A stretch of 64,000 nucleotides of DNA from Eledone cirrhosa (Eukaryota). Where the stretch lies: positions 106,020,001-106,084,000 of the forward strand of contig OZ024743.1 of the NCBI GenBank assembly GCA_964016885.1, read 5' to 3'. A model generated the notes under the pieces. That model did no database searches. It saw nothing but the letters and a program-made list of their open reading frames with translations, and was not told the DNA's origin. This document shows, piece after piece, positions 24,518 to 41,645 of the stretch (position 1 is the stretch's first letter; every line of letters begins with the position of its first letter). A program made the translations under genes and the position numbers.

Positions 24518-25227
24518 TGGTGGTGGATTGGCAGCATCGGTAGAGGGTCGGATGCCACGCTTTGACGCATGGAGTTACCGCCCTTCTGAGTTCAAATCCC
24601 GCCGAGGTTAACTTTACGTTTCATCCTTACGGGGTCGATAAAATAAAGTACCAGTAATGCACTGGATAATTGCTGGCCTAGTGCCAAAAAGTAGAAACAA
24701 TTATTATTATAAGGATGGTGGATTGACAGTCTCAGTAGAGCGTCAGATGTGGTATATTGTTATGTGCCTTTATGTTCTGAGTTCGGAGGCACTGGGATCG
24801 ATTGAATCAATAACCCGCTTCCCTTCAAATTGTTGGCCTTGTGCTTAAATCAGAAGCCATTATTATTATAACAGTTTGACTCTGCCGAGGTTGACTTTGC
24901 CTTTCATCCTTACGGGGTCGATAAAACAAAGTACCAGTAATGCACTGGGTAATTGCTGGCCTTGTGCCTAAAGTAGAAACAATTATTATTATAAGAGTGG
25001 TAGACTAACAGCATCACTTAAGCAGCGGACAACATGCTTTGCGGCATAGCGTTACGTCACTTTACGTTCTGATTTCAAATGCTACCGATAATAGCTTTGC
25101 TTTTTATTCTTACGGGCTCGATAAATTAAAGTACCAGTAATGCACTGGGGTATATTTAATCGTCGTTCCCATTCCCTTCCAATTGCTGGCCTTGTGCTTA
25201 TATCAGAAACAATTATTATTATTATTT
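24518..25227 (+). mobile_element. Four head-to-tail SINE copies separated by short ATT tails
   Basis: Repeated ends TGCTGGCCTTGTGC..AGAAACAATTATT near 24700, 24860, 24985 and 25215. Confidence 0.85.
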
Positions 25228-26949
25228 AGCTTGTGCAGGTTATAAGATTTTAATTGTTATACTCAATGTATTGTTTGCGTTTAACATGCTTAAATTTAAT
25301 TATTAAACTTTCAGAAATAATTTTGAAATTTTAAATGAAAAATGATTCATAATGCCTGCCTTACATTATTATTTTTTTTTTTTTTTTTACATTTTATCAG
25401 AAACAGTTTAGTAGGAAATATATAATTCGTGTAAATCCAAAAGCCATATAATTTTTTTATGTGAATATATATTGAACATTTGAATTCTTTATAAATCTTC
25501 ATCTCCTTGCTAGAAACATTTTCGATATTAACGACAAAAAATAAATTTTCTTTGTGTTACATGTACAGTTTGGTGATATTCTTCAATGGTGTATTAAAAT
25601 TTAGAATATCAATAGAATTCACAAAGGAACTGTCTTTCTAGCTTGATCAATTTGTTTTTGTTCTTTGTCTATAGTAATCTTTTTGTGTGCAGTAGAGTGA
25701 AATAATTTGACGAGAAATTATGTTCCAATATTTGTCATAAATCGTATATACATTGTTCAGTTTGGGGAAAAGAGAGTAGCTTGCATATCATTCATTATGT
25801 ATTCATATTAGACAATATAAACTATATGAAATTGGATGACGTTATATTTCGTTCTTATTAATATGGAAATAACAGATTCTATTTGCTATGAACCTCCTTG
25901 AATTGAAGAATTTCTACAGTAATTTGCGAACGATGCCATTTTAAGTACATAACTTATTAAACGGTTGACATACACTAAAAATTATTGATGAAATTTTAAT
26001 GATTTCGTTATTGCTGAATGTAATGATAATCAAATAAGAAGGATAGATTTTCGATGTAGATTTTAATTCCCATAAAAACGTAATTGAGCATTTTGTCACA
26101 CATTAACAGCAAATGAAAATAGATGAAAATACTTATAAAAGGATAAATGACAACCAATTTAAATAACAATTTCAAGAGTATCAGCAACATTCTCAACTCA
26201 ATTTCAGTTTTTATCTTGAGTAAATTGGGTTTCACAAATTTTACATAACAATCAATAACTCTAAAATCATTAGAGTATACAACTTGAGCTATCAAACAAC
26301 GTATATATACGCTGGCGGAGTGGAAATGCATAATCGTTGATGTTTAGAACAATGAATTATTTAGAATGAAATTCTGCAAATTGTTTGAAATTGAAAAATA
26401 GTCCATCAGTTATAAGAATACTATTATAAAACGGCGGATTGGCACATTCGCTAGCGCGTCGTCACTATCTATTCTAGGACACTTTTATACGAGTTCAAAT
26501 CATACCGAGATTAATTTTGCGGTACATCCTTTGTTGTAATGGCAGAGGAACAGCAGACGACCATCGTTGTCATTGTTGAATGAGTCGGCGAACGTTGTGC
26601 AAATGGGCTGAGTCTATAATGTGACGGATTGTGAGAGCCTGGCGGAAGAAGAGACGGTAGAATCGGTGCCTGTGCGGTTGAATGTGATATGGTGTGGGAT
26701 TTGTCCCAAGTCCCTTTAATGGTGTTGGTAGAAGTTGTCCTTGACAGTTCCTTCGCAAAATCATCTATCACTTGAGGGTTACACTTAGAAGGCAATCAAC
26801 CACATCATCTCCCCTGGCTGGATGTCGTTTGTTACCAACTGCTGGTTCTACAGAGGAGAGGAGTTAAGCTCAGCAATACAGATCATTGGTTTCTGGCTAC
26901 AATATTCAGGCTGAGGTTGCGAGCGGTCGTTGACACCAAGTACCAGCTC

Positions 26950-28445
26950 CGATCTGACTCATCTTGACTCCACGATTCCAGCATCGCCTCTACATTTGCG
27001 TGCTCCATCTCCAATCTATTCCGTGTCATCGCTGAGGACGAGACCGACTAATGGGAGATCTTTACATCAAACATCAACCAGTCTGCGTGCTACTTCCTGG
27101 TAAACTCAAGATCTTTCCCCAAATGACTTTGGATCTCACGGCGGATGCAAGAGATAATTAGGGGCGGAAGAAGCCGTGCACCAGGAGGCAACGACAACGC
27201 ATAACAACCTCAGGCAAATATTTAATATACTCCTTAGAGCCCCTTCCCGTCCAAGGATCAAGACAGCCCAGGTAAAGGAAACCAATGGCAACGCCATCCC
27301 CAGTGAAACAATCTGCCTCGAACGCTGGAAGGAGCATTTCACCCTTATTCTACATCACCCAACCGTTCCAATTGATACCTCTCTAACCATCACTGTAGAC
27401 ACTGCTGCAGACTCGATCCTGTCACTCCCAATGAAGTCAGAGCCGTCCTGAAGAAACTAAAAATATATAAAGCATCTGGAATCTGACTATCACCGTGGAA
27501 ATGTTGAAACAGGCTCACCGATATCACCAACTAAGTATGGGTGTCTGAGCGATTTCTAAATGACTGGACCTGAGGCGTTATCCTCCCCCTCTGAAAACGG
27601 AAGAGTGACAAACTCGTCTCCAGCAACTACAAGGGCATCGCACTTTTATCCGTCCCAAGTAAGGTCCCCATCTCGATCCTCCTCAACCATTTTGTTCCCA
27701 CCATTAGAAGTGGACGTCGCCCACAACAAGTCGGGCTCTTGCCTAATCAATCCACCGCCGACAACATTTCTGCTCTCCGCCTAATTATTGAAAGAGCTCA
27801 GAGATCACTGCCTCTAAGTCTCCTTCGTCGACCTCAAGACGGCTTTCGACGCTGTTGACCACGCAGCCCTTTGTAAAAGTCTACAGCTTGTGGCGTGCTT
27901 CCCAAGATCACCATCTTTTTTTCCATCAACAACGGTGTCTGGCAGGGATGCATGGCTGAACCTGAACTTTTCAAATGCTTCTGGCGTTTTCTTCGACAAT
28001 TACCACCAAACCAACCTGGAGTACGCAGACGACACCACCCTATTCAGCAACTCGGTCAATCAACTCAGAGACACACATACCATATACCGTGAGGAATCAG
28101 CAAAGCTGGGCTTTCAAGTACGCTGGGGAAAACAAAGCTGATGCATGTCGGCTATGGCTTGCATCCTGTTGGGCTCGCCGCTGTAGAGTCTTTTAGCTCC
28201 TTCACTCACCTGGGCTCGACTGTCACCAACAATTAACACCTGACCCCGGAGATAAACCGCAGATGTGACATGGTTGCCGGGGTCATTCATTCCTTATTGA
28301 AGACCCTTAGACGCAACTGCTCTATCTTCCAGAAGACGAGGGTCCGCATTTACAACGCATCGGTCTTCTTCGATCATCCTACCAGGAACTTATTCTCGTT
28401 CGACGTAGCAGCTGCAGGCTGGAGGAGCCCACACGGCAAGCCCTG
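26950..28445 (+). mobile_element. Decayed RTE-clade LINE (RT)
   Basis: ERWKEHF, NYKGIALLSVPSK, FVDLKTAFDAVD, NNGVWQGC and LEYADD in broken frames; the 5' limit is uncertain. Confidence 0.8.
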
Positions 28446-28523
28446 TGTGTATTCATATATGTGCGTGAATGCAAGAATGGAAATCAAGTACTTAAATGAC
28501 TTATAATAGAATGACGGAAAATT

Positions 28524-28526
<3 letters not shown>

Positions 28527-28590
<64 letters not shown>
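28527..28590. repeat. (TAA)n microsatellite
   Basis: Direct reading. Confidence 0.95.
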
Positions 28591-28591
<1 letters not shown>

Positions 28592-31500
28592 CGAGGTAAA
28601 CTGTAACACTTCGAACCCCAGGGTTGGGGCGGAATCACTGGCAACAGAACAAATTAAAGAAAGGATCGAAAAAGTGGAGGGAGTGCATGCTCAGGATGAA
28701 ACTCCAAATGAAAATAATGAGATCGTAAATGATAAAGAAATGAATGAGAATGAACTTGCCAACTTGAAGGATGAAATTATGATCGAATGGATGAAAATGA
28801 AAGAATCTGACATGGGGCAACGAGACACCCTCCCTAAGATCCAGAACTCTAAACAGAACCAAAAGATAATACACAAGACTAACATAATTCTCAAAAACAT
28901 TATCATCACAAACAAACTAAACATTACTGATTTAAATCATCTCTATTATGCATCGGCTAAAGTCACCACTCACTTATGTGGAGTGAAGATGAAAAAACAA
29001 AGGAATTCCCACAAGAAATCTACTTGGCAAGAGAATATCAATCGCCAAATAAACTTTCTCCGATCTGACATAGAAATTTTAACAAACTATAAAGTAGGTG
29101 AACATGTTAAACAAACTAAACTTAGAAAATTGAAAAAAAGTACAATATAAAATCAACATGTGACATAGACATGCTGATAGAAATAATCAAGCAAAAAATG
29201 TCGGCCAAAGCTGCTCGTATAAGGCGCTTTGAAAAACGATCTAGATTCTATAAGGACAATAATATGTTCAAAAACAACTAAAGAAACTTCTACAGAAAAA
29301 TTGGTAAGTCAACAATAACTGCTAAATCAATACCACCCAAGGAGGAAGTGCAAGAATTCTGGGAAAAGATCTGGGCCGAAGAAAAAGTTTATAACATACA
29401 TGCCCCATGGATAGACAGACAAATGAAAGATACAGCTCACCTTGAGGAACAAATATGGGAAAATATAACAGTTGAACAGTTGCGCTTGGCTCTAAGAAAA
29501 ACCAGCAAATGGAAATCCCCAGAAAAAGACAAAATACAAAACTTTTGGATAAATGCCTTCACAGAGTCTCATGAGCTGTTAGCCCAACTTTACAATGAAA
29601 TAGTTAAGGAGCCAGAAAAGATACCATCATGGCTAGTTAACGGCATTACATTCCTGCTTCCGAAGAATGATGAGACAAACAATCCCAAAAATTACAGACC
29701 GATAACTTGCTGACCACAATGTATAAAATTTTAACATCAGTCCTAACTGAATACACATATGACCACCTGATAACAAATGACCTATTTCCCATTGAGCAGA
29801 AAGGGTGTAAACGAGGCTCATATGGCTGTAAGGATCAGCTTCTGGTTAACAAAATGATACTGGAAGATTGTCATAATAGACACAAAAATCTATCGATTGC
29901 TTGGATACATTATAAAAAAGCATTCGATAGTTTGCCACACAGTTGGATTGAAAAATGTTTAGAGATTTTCAAAATATCCCCCGTTGTCAGGAGGTTTTTG
30001 TCATTCAGTATGAAGACATGGAAAACGACACTCCTTTTGAATAGTGAAACAAAATCACTGGAAGCTGGAGAAGTTAATATTAATTGTGGAATTTTTCAGG
30101 GTGACTCTTTATCACCGCTTTTATTCTGCATCGCACTTATACCATTAAGTAAAATGCTCAATGAAACAAAACATGGATATAAAGTCTATGACAAAACTAT
30201 TAATCACTTGTTCTACATGGATGACCTGAAACTATTTGCAAAAAATGATGAACAATTGCAAGGGCTATTATCCACTGTGGAGCAGTTCAGTGATGACATT
30301 AAAATGGAGTTTGGACTAGATAAATGCGCCAAAGCAACGTTCACCAGATGAAAGCTGCTGAAGAGTTCAGACATTAATCTTGATCGGGGGAACGTGATAA
30401 GAGAACTTGATCAAGAAAACACTTACAAATATCTAGGTGTTTGTGAAGGAGACGGAATCAAGCACTCGACAATGAGGGAAAGGATAAGGAAGGAATGTTA
30501 CCGCAGAGTAAGAGCAATCTTAAGAACGGAATTGAATGCAAGGAATAGGATCGATGTCATAAACACGTTGCCATACCAGTAGTAACCTACAGTTACAATG
30601 TCATCAACTGGTCAAGCACAGAGATCCGTAGGCTCGATACAAAAATTCGAAAATTCTTAACCATGCACAGAATGCATCACCCTAAGGCAGATATAGATAG
30701 AATATATCTCCCTAGGAAAGAAGGAGGACGTGGGTTAGTCCAGTTAGACATTGCGTTGAAAACTGCAACAATTGGATTATCTACATATCTAAGGGAATCA
30801 CATGATCGGATGATCAAACTCGTTTTGAAACACGAAAGCATCAAAAGATCATATTCCATTACAAAAGATGCACAATGATACAGTAATGGGCTACAAATTT
30901 CAGAAGTCACATTTACTGCTGAAATGGAAAACACAGAACAAGCAAAGCAGGTAAAAGTAACTGCAAAGAAAGAACTGCTACAGAAACTGGCTAAGAAATG
31001 GCAAGAAAAGCCTCTGTATGGAAAATACCCAGAGCGAGCTAACAATCCTGATGTTGACAAAACTTTAACCCATCAGTGGTTGGCATCCTCTGGACTGAAA
31101 TCTGAGACTGAAGGACTGATTATATCAGCACAAGATCAGTGTCTGCCAACAAAAAATTACCAAGACAACATAATAAAAAATGGGTGCAGCACATTATGCC
31201 GTGTATGCAAAAAACAACCAGAGACCATTGACCATATAATTTCAATGTGCAGTCATATAGCTCCAACCGAATACCTAAATAGGTATGACAGAGCTGCACA
31301 ATACATACATTGGATAATGTGTAAGCATTTTGACCTGCCCCATCAAAAGAATTGCTGGGAGCATCAACCACCTCCCATACTTGAAAAAGATCACATGTCA
31401 CTCTTGTGGAACTTTAGCATCCAAACAGACCGAAAAATAGATGCAAATAGACCTGATATAATATTGAAGAACTTTATTGATATGTCCGTTCCAATAGACA

Positions 31501-31668
31501 AGAATGTATCTATAAAAACATTTGAAAAATTGGGCAAGTATAAGGACCTGGAGATAGCATGTGTGAATATGTATGTTCTTTCTTGAACATGGCGGACCTT
31601 GTTGTCTCTTGAGGTCACTGGTTGTGACTTGGTGATAACTCGTATGAACATAAAGCAAGATAAATGCA
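28591..31668 (+). mobile_element. R4/Dong-clade LINE family A, 5'-truncated and decayed
   Basis: NYRPITC, EQKGC, KKAFDS, IFQGDSLSP, HLFYMDD, GGRGL, CRVC..ETIDHIISMC, NRPDI; flanked by (TAA)n. Confidence 0.9.
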
Positions 31669-31689
31669 ATAATAATAATAATAATAATA

Positions 31690-36757
<5,068 letters not shown>

Positions 36758-39700
36758 GGGAAGAAGACGCACGAGGTGGCGGAGGTCATGAAATCGCTCC
36801 CGTAAGTTTTGAATTTTTAACATATTTAAATCATTTGTGAAATAACAACTCTTAGTACAAATGCTACGTAAAGCACCCGGCTTGAGCCCAAAAAAATTCG
36901 GACCCAAAATATATTGTTATAAGGCTCAAATATTCAAATATTCAACTTTGTATTGTACACTGTATATCCAAAAAAGAAAATGGCTATAAATGGAAGAAGA
37001 ACCCCCCGCCCTCCTCTCCTCTGTCTACACTATATAGAACAGCCAAACTTACCAACACCAGAAACTAGATACACCACCCACCCCATCACCTGTGTACACT
37101 AAACACAACAGCCAGATAACGGCATTTTCACCACCACCGCTCACTACGGCCATCATTACCAACATTATCCCATCACCGCCGCCACCACCCCTTCACTCCT
37201 TCACTGCTACCACCGGTACAGCACCATCACTACAGTAATACGGTCACATCACCGCCACCACTGCCTCGGTATCGACATCACCATCACCACTGTCTCAGTA
37301 TCGCTACCGCCGCCAGTTTCCACCTCTCCCTGCTGGCTGCTGCCACCACATTATAGAATCCCTACTGCTAAAAAAGAGGAAGGCATCAAAATATATAGAT
37401 AGACTCAAAAGAAAAAAGAAAAAACAAACAACAAAACCAAAGCAGCACAGCAACAACAGCAAAAAACGAGAAAAACAAACAGAGAAAAACAAAAACAAAA
37501 ACAAAAACAAAAAAAAAAAACCCCAAAACGTAAGGAAAATAAGAATGAAGAGAGAAGCAGGCGGACGGACAGAGAAGAGGGGGGAAAAACTAAAACTTAA
37601 AAAACAAAAACTAAGTCAGACATTCGAACACTACATTACAATGAAACTTATGCTTATACATTTTTGGGACCCTTTCTGCCTGTGTGTTTGTTTGTTTATG
37701 TGTGTTCGTATACAGCGTGGTGATAATGCCACACAAGGGCCAAGTGGAATGGCGGTCCACAGATGGCTATGTAACCATACATTCGCCAATCCTCGATAAG
37801 AGTGTTTAAATATCGAACATAAACAGTTCGAATAACGGTGAAATGGAGACTAGAACGTCATGTGACAGACTCTCACCCAACAGGTGCCCCCTGGCTCAGC
37901 AGCAGGAACCTGACTGTCAACCAAATACTGCTGATGTTGGAGGAAGGAGAAGAAGGAAAGGGGCCAGAACCAACTGGACGAAAGAATTGAATAGAACTGT
38001 TATGCAATGTTACCTGAAAAGTAACCCCAAGGAGAGGGGCTACAGGAGACGGATGCATAACATCTGGAACAAGATTGGTTTATTTAAATTAGATGAACAA
38101 AAATTGGCCGGGCAGGCTCGGGTAATAAGAACTAATGGGTGGATAAGCGAGCTGGAACTGGAGGAACTGAGCAGAGAGAATGGCTTGGAGATGGCGGGTG
38201 TAGTATGCCAGACAAGCGAGCCAGTGGGAAATGAAGGTGAAGAGGTCCTGAGAACGGAGGAACCACCCGAAGCAGACAATGATCTGAATACTGAGATAAA
38301 TAATACCTGGAACAGAGATACGGCCACTGAGGAGATGAATGCTGACGGGCTAGGACAAGATTCGGTTGACATCCTAAATTTAGTGGTAGATGAATTGAAC
38401 AATGATAGTGGGAGACCTATGAACCTAAGATTTGTAGACAGGAAAAAGTTAAAAGAAACAACAGCTAAGGTAAACAAAGTCATCCCATACCTTGAGGCGA
38501 GGAGCCTTCACCAGTGCAACAATATCCTCAAAGCAACAGCAAATACGGTGAGGAAACTACTTGGTATAAAAGCGAGAGGAAACAACAGACAAGAAAGAGC
38601 AGAGCCGTGGTGGAAGAAGCGACTGAGTGGGCAAATCGGGGAAATGAGAAATGACATAGGAAAGCTTGAGTCACTACTGAATGGGACACTAAAAAACATA
38701 GGCACTAAAAATAGACTGGAAATAAAATACAAAACTAGGAGGAAAAAGCTAAATATTATCATAGAGGAACTGAAGCAACGCATTGTAGCAAAGAGTGCAA
38801 AAATCAGGCGATACGAGAACAGAGTCAGTCAGTATAAACAGAACCGCATGTTCGACAACAACCAAAAGATGCTGTTTGGACAGCTTGAGGGGAAAGAAAG
38901 AGGCAACGACTTGATCCCTGGGGCGGAGCAAACTAAAACATTCTGGAGAGGAATATGGGAGCAGGATGTTAGACATAATGTCCAGGCAGGGTTGATTGAG
39001 ACAGTACAGAGGGAGATCGGTGAGCAGGCACAACAACAAACTGATTTGAGTATCACAGTTGAAACTCTTAAGGGGCAGGCCAAAAAACTAACTAACTGGA
39101 AATCACCAGGCCCAGATGGTGTGCAGGGGTATTGGATTAAACATTTAACATCCCTCCACCCGAAGCTGACGGCCATGTTCAATGACTGCTTGGTGTCGGG
39201 TGAGGTGCCAGATTGGTTGACAAAAGGTACCACAGTTCTGATAATGAAAGACCGAATCAAGGGTAATGATGTTACCAACTATAGACCTATCACATGTCTG
39301 TCCGTAATGTGGAAACTGTTGACGAGCATTGTGTCTGAGGAAATCTACCATCACCTCCACACAAACAACTTGTTACCGGACGAACAGAAAGGATGCCGAA
39401 AGAAGTCACGTGGTACAAAGGACCAGTTACTTATTGATAAGATGGTAATGGGGAATTGCAGGAGGAGACACACTGATCTTGCCATGGGATGGATAGACTA
39501 CAGAAAGGCATTTGACATGGTGCCTCATTCTTGGATCACCAAAAGCCTGGAGATCATCAGGGTGGCAGATAACATCAGACAGTTGCTGGGCAGGAGTATG
39601 GGGTCCTGGGAGACAGAGTTGACATCAACTGGAGTATCCTTGGGAAGCGTGAAGATCAAGAGAGGTATCTTCCAGGGAGATAGCCTGTCCCCTCTGTTGT

Positions 39701-41309
39701 TTGTCCTTGCCCTGATGCCCTTGACCATTATGCTGCGAAAAGTGAGAGCAGGATACAAGTTGGGAAGGGGAGAACTTACCATCAATCACCACCTCTTCAT
39801 GGACGATCTTAAGCTCTTCGGGAAAAGTGAGAAGGAGTTGGATGTGCTTGTTGACACTGTCCGTATTTTCAGCAGTGATATATGTATGCAGTTTGGTATT
39901 GGTAAATGTGGAGTCATTGTGATGAGGAGGGGTAGGTTGAGAAGAAGTAACGGGATCCAGATACCAACAGGTGAGATGATAAAGGAAATTGACTCTGAGG
40001 AAGGATACAAGTATTTGGGCGTTCTGGAGGCTGATGGCATAAAGAACAAAAAAATGAAGGAATTGTTAAGAACTGAATACATTCGGAGAGTAAGGAGCGT
40101 ATTGAAGTCACATCTGAACAGCAGAAATGCCATAAGCGCAGTAAATTCCCGAGCTGTGTCTATTATTAGGTACAGTGCGGGAATTCTGAGATGGAATGTT
40201 GCTGAACAAAAAGAAATGGATAGGAAGAATAGGAAGCTATTGACTATCTACAACATGTTCCACAAGAGGAGTGATGTCGATAGACTCTACCTAAGGAGAT
40301 CTGAGGGTGGAAGAGGTCTTATCAGCATAGAGGACTGTGTTCAGATGGAGAAAAACAACCTATACAAATACGTGACCTATAGTAAGGCGCCAATGCTCAG
40401 AACTGTACTGAAGGAGGGGACAGTAGGCCAGGGGATGTCCAAGGAGGAAATAACATCAAGGAGGAAGAGCAACCTTAAGGGAAAATCCCTTCATAGTACC
40501 TTCTTTGAGAAAACTGAATTTAGAGATCCACAGACATGGAACTGGTTGAGAAGAGGAGACCTCAAAAAGGCTACAGAAGGAATGCTAATGGCTGCGCAGG
40601 AGCAGGCCCTCAAAACGAAGTGGTTGAAGCACCATATTTACAAGGAGGAGGCTAGCCCACTGTGCAGGATCTGTGGAGAGAGAGAGGAGACTGTGGCTCA
40701 CATTGTGTCCGAGTGTAAACACCTAGCCCAGACCCACTATAAGGCCTGGAGACACGATGTGATGGGCAGGGTGATCCACTGGCACCTGTGCAAAGTAAAC
40801 AGTTTACCACATTCTGAGAAATGGTATGAGCATAGGCCAGAGGCGGTGATGGAGAACAATCAGGTGAAGGTGCTGTGGGATTTTAGGATACAGACGGACA
40901 AAAAACTGGAACACAATAGACGTGACCTGGTGGTTGTGGACAAAGAAAAAAGATCGTGTCTGATTGTGGATGTGGCCTGCCCGTTCGACACGAGTGTGCA
41001 AGAGAAGGAGAGGGAGAAAATTAACCGATACCAGGACCTAAAGTGGGAGGTGAAAAGGATTTGGAACTGCCATGAAGTCAAAGTGATCCCGATTGTCATA
41101 GGCGCACTGGGGACTATCTCCAAAAGTTTCCAGGGATGGTTAAAGAAAATCGGCCCCTTCACGCTTTTTGGAACGCTTCAAAAGGCATGCTTGCTTGGAA
41201 CAGCAAGAACCCTCCGATACGTCCTGAATATCTGAGGCTGCAGGTAGTGGCTTGATATTCAATCCAACGGACTTTCCACTTAACCAACATCAATGACTGA
41301 GATTCAAGG
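36758..41309 (+). mobile_element. R4/Dong-clade LINE family B, full-length, ORF uninterrupted
   Basis: ~1.1-kb 5' UTR, single ORF, short 3' UTR, (AAT)n flanks. Confidence 0.95.
37843..41235 (+). CDS. Dong/R4 polyprotein: reverse transcriptase, CCHC finger, restriction-like endonuclease (1130 aa)
   Basis: [51 protein letters not shown], (P>R)DLVVVD..IVDV, K..RY. Confidence 0.93.
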   Translation: METRTSCDRLSPNRCPLAQQQEPDCQPNTADVGGRRRRKGARTNWTKELNRTVMQCYLKSNPKERGYRRRMHNIWNKIGLFKLDEQKLAGQARVIRTNGWISELELEELSRENGLEMAGVVCQTSEPVGNEGEEVLRTEEPPEADNDLNTEINNTWNRDTATEEMNADGLGQDSVDILNLVVDELNNDSGRPMNLRFVDRKKLKETTAKVNKVIPYLEARSLHQCNNILKATANTVRKLLGIKARGNNRQERAEPWWKKRLSGQIGEMRNDIGKLESLLNGTLKNIGTKNRLEIKYKTRRKKLNIIIEELKQRIVAKSAKIRRYENRVSQYKQNRMFDNNQKMLFGQLEGKERGNDLIPGAEQTKTFWRGIWEQDVRHNVQAGLIETVQREIGEQAQQQTDLSITVETLKGQAKKLTNWKSPGPDGVQGYWIKHLTSLHPKLTAMFNDCLVSGEVPDWLTKGTTVLIMKDRIKGNDVTNYRPITCLSVMWKLLTSIVSEEIYHHLHTNNLLPDEQKGCRKKSRGTKDQLLIDKMVMGNCRRRHTDLAMGWIDYRKAFDMVPHSWITKSLEIIRVADNIRQLLGRSMGSWETELTSTGVSLGSVKIKRGIFQGDSLSPLLFVLALMPLTIMLRKVRAGYKLGRGELTINHHLFMDDLKLFGKSEKELDVLVDTVRIFSSDICMQFGIGKCGVIVMRRGRLRRSNGIQIPTGEMIKEIDSEEGYKYLGVLEADGIKNKKMKELLRTEYIRRVRSVLKSHLNSRNAISAVNSRAVSIIRYSAGILRWNVAEQKEMDRKNRKLLTIYNMFHKRSDVDRLYLRRSEGGRGLISIEDCVQMEKNNLYKYVTYSKAPMLRTVLKEGTVGQGMSKEEITSRRKSNLKGKSLHSTFFEKTEFRDPQTWNWLRRGDLKKATEGMLMAAQEQALKTKWLKHHIYKEEASPLCRICGEREETVAHIVSECKHLAQTHYKAWRHDVMGRVIHWHLCKVNSLPHSEKWYEHRPEAVMENNQVKVLWDFRIQTDKKLEHNRRDLVVVDKEKRSCLIVDVACPFDTSVQEKEREKINRYQDLKWEVKRIWNCHEVKVIPIVIGALGTISKSFQGWLKKIGPFTLFGTLQKACLLGTARTLRYVLNI

Positions 41310-41318
41310 AATAACAAC

Positions 41319-41396
<78 letters not shown>

Positions 41397-41398
<2 letters not shown>

Positions 41399-41645
41399 TT
41401 TCTTTATTAACCACAAGGGTTTACATAAAGTAGACATTAAGGACAGTGCAGGACAATGCAGGACGGTACAAATGGGCATTTCTGCGTGTAAAAAACAAAA
41501 ACAGAGGATGTAACAAAAATAACAATGAAAAATTCCCCAATAGGGGGGAGACTTCGGAGGGACATTTGTGGAGAAAGCCCAGTAAAATTCCACAATGACC
41601 CTGACCACCAAGGCAAGTGCCCTCTCCCAGTTTTCCACCTTTAAT
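41397..41645 (-). mobile_element. Tx1 3' UTR fragment (severely 5'-truncated copy)
   Basis: Reverse complement of ~20108-20351; sits inside the (AAT)n tail of Dong. Confidence 0.88.

Noticed and set aside
36758-37842. HDV-like or twister ribozyme in the Dong 5' UTR
   Set aside because: Could not build the required pseudoknots by eye; an Infernal scan would be needed
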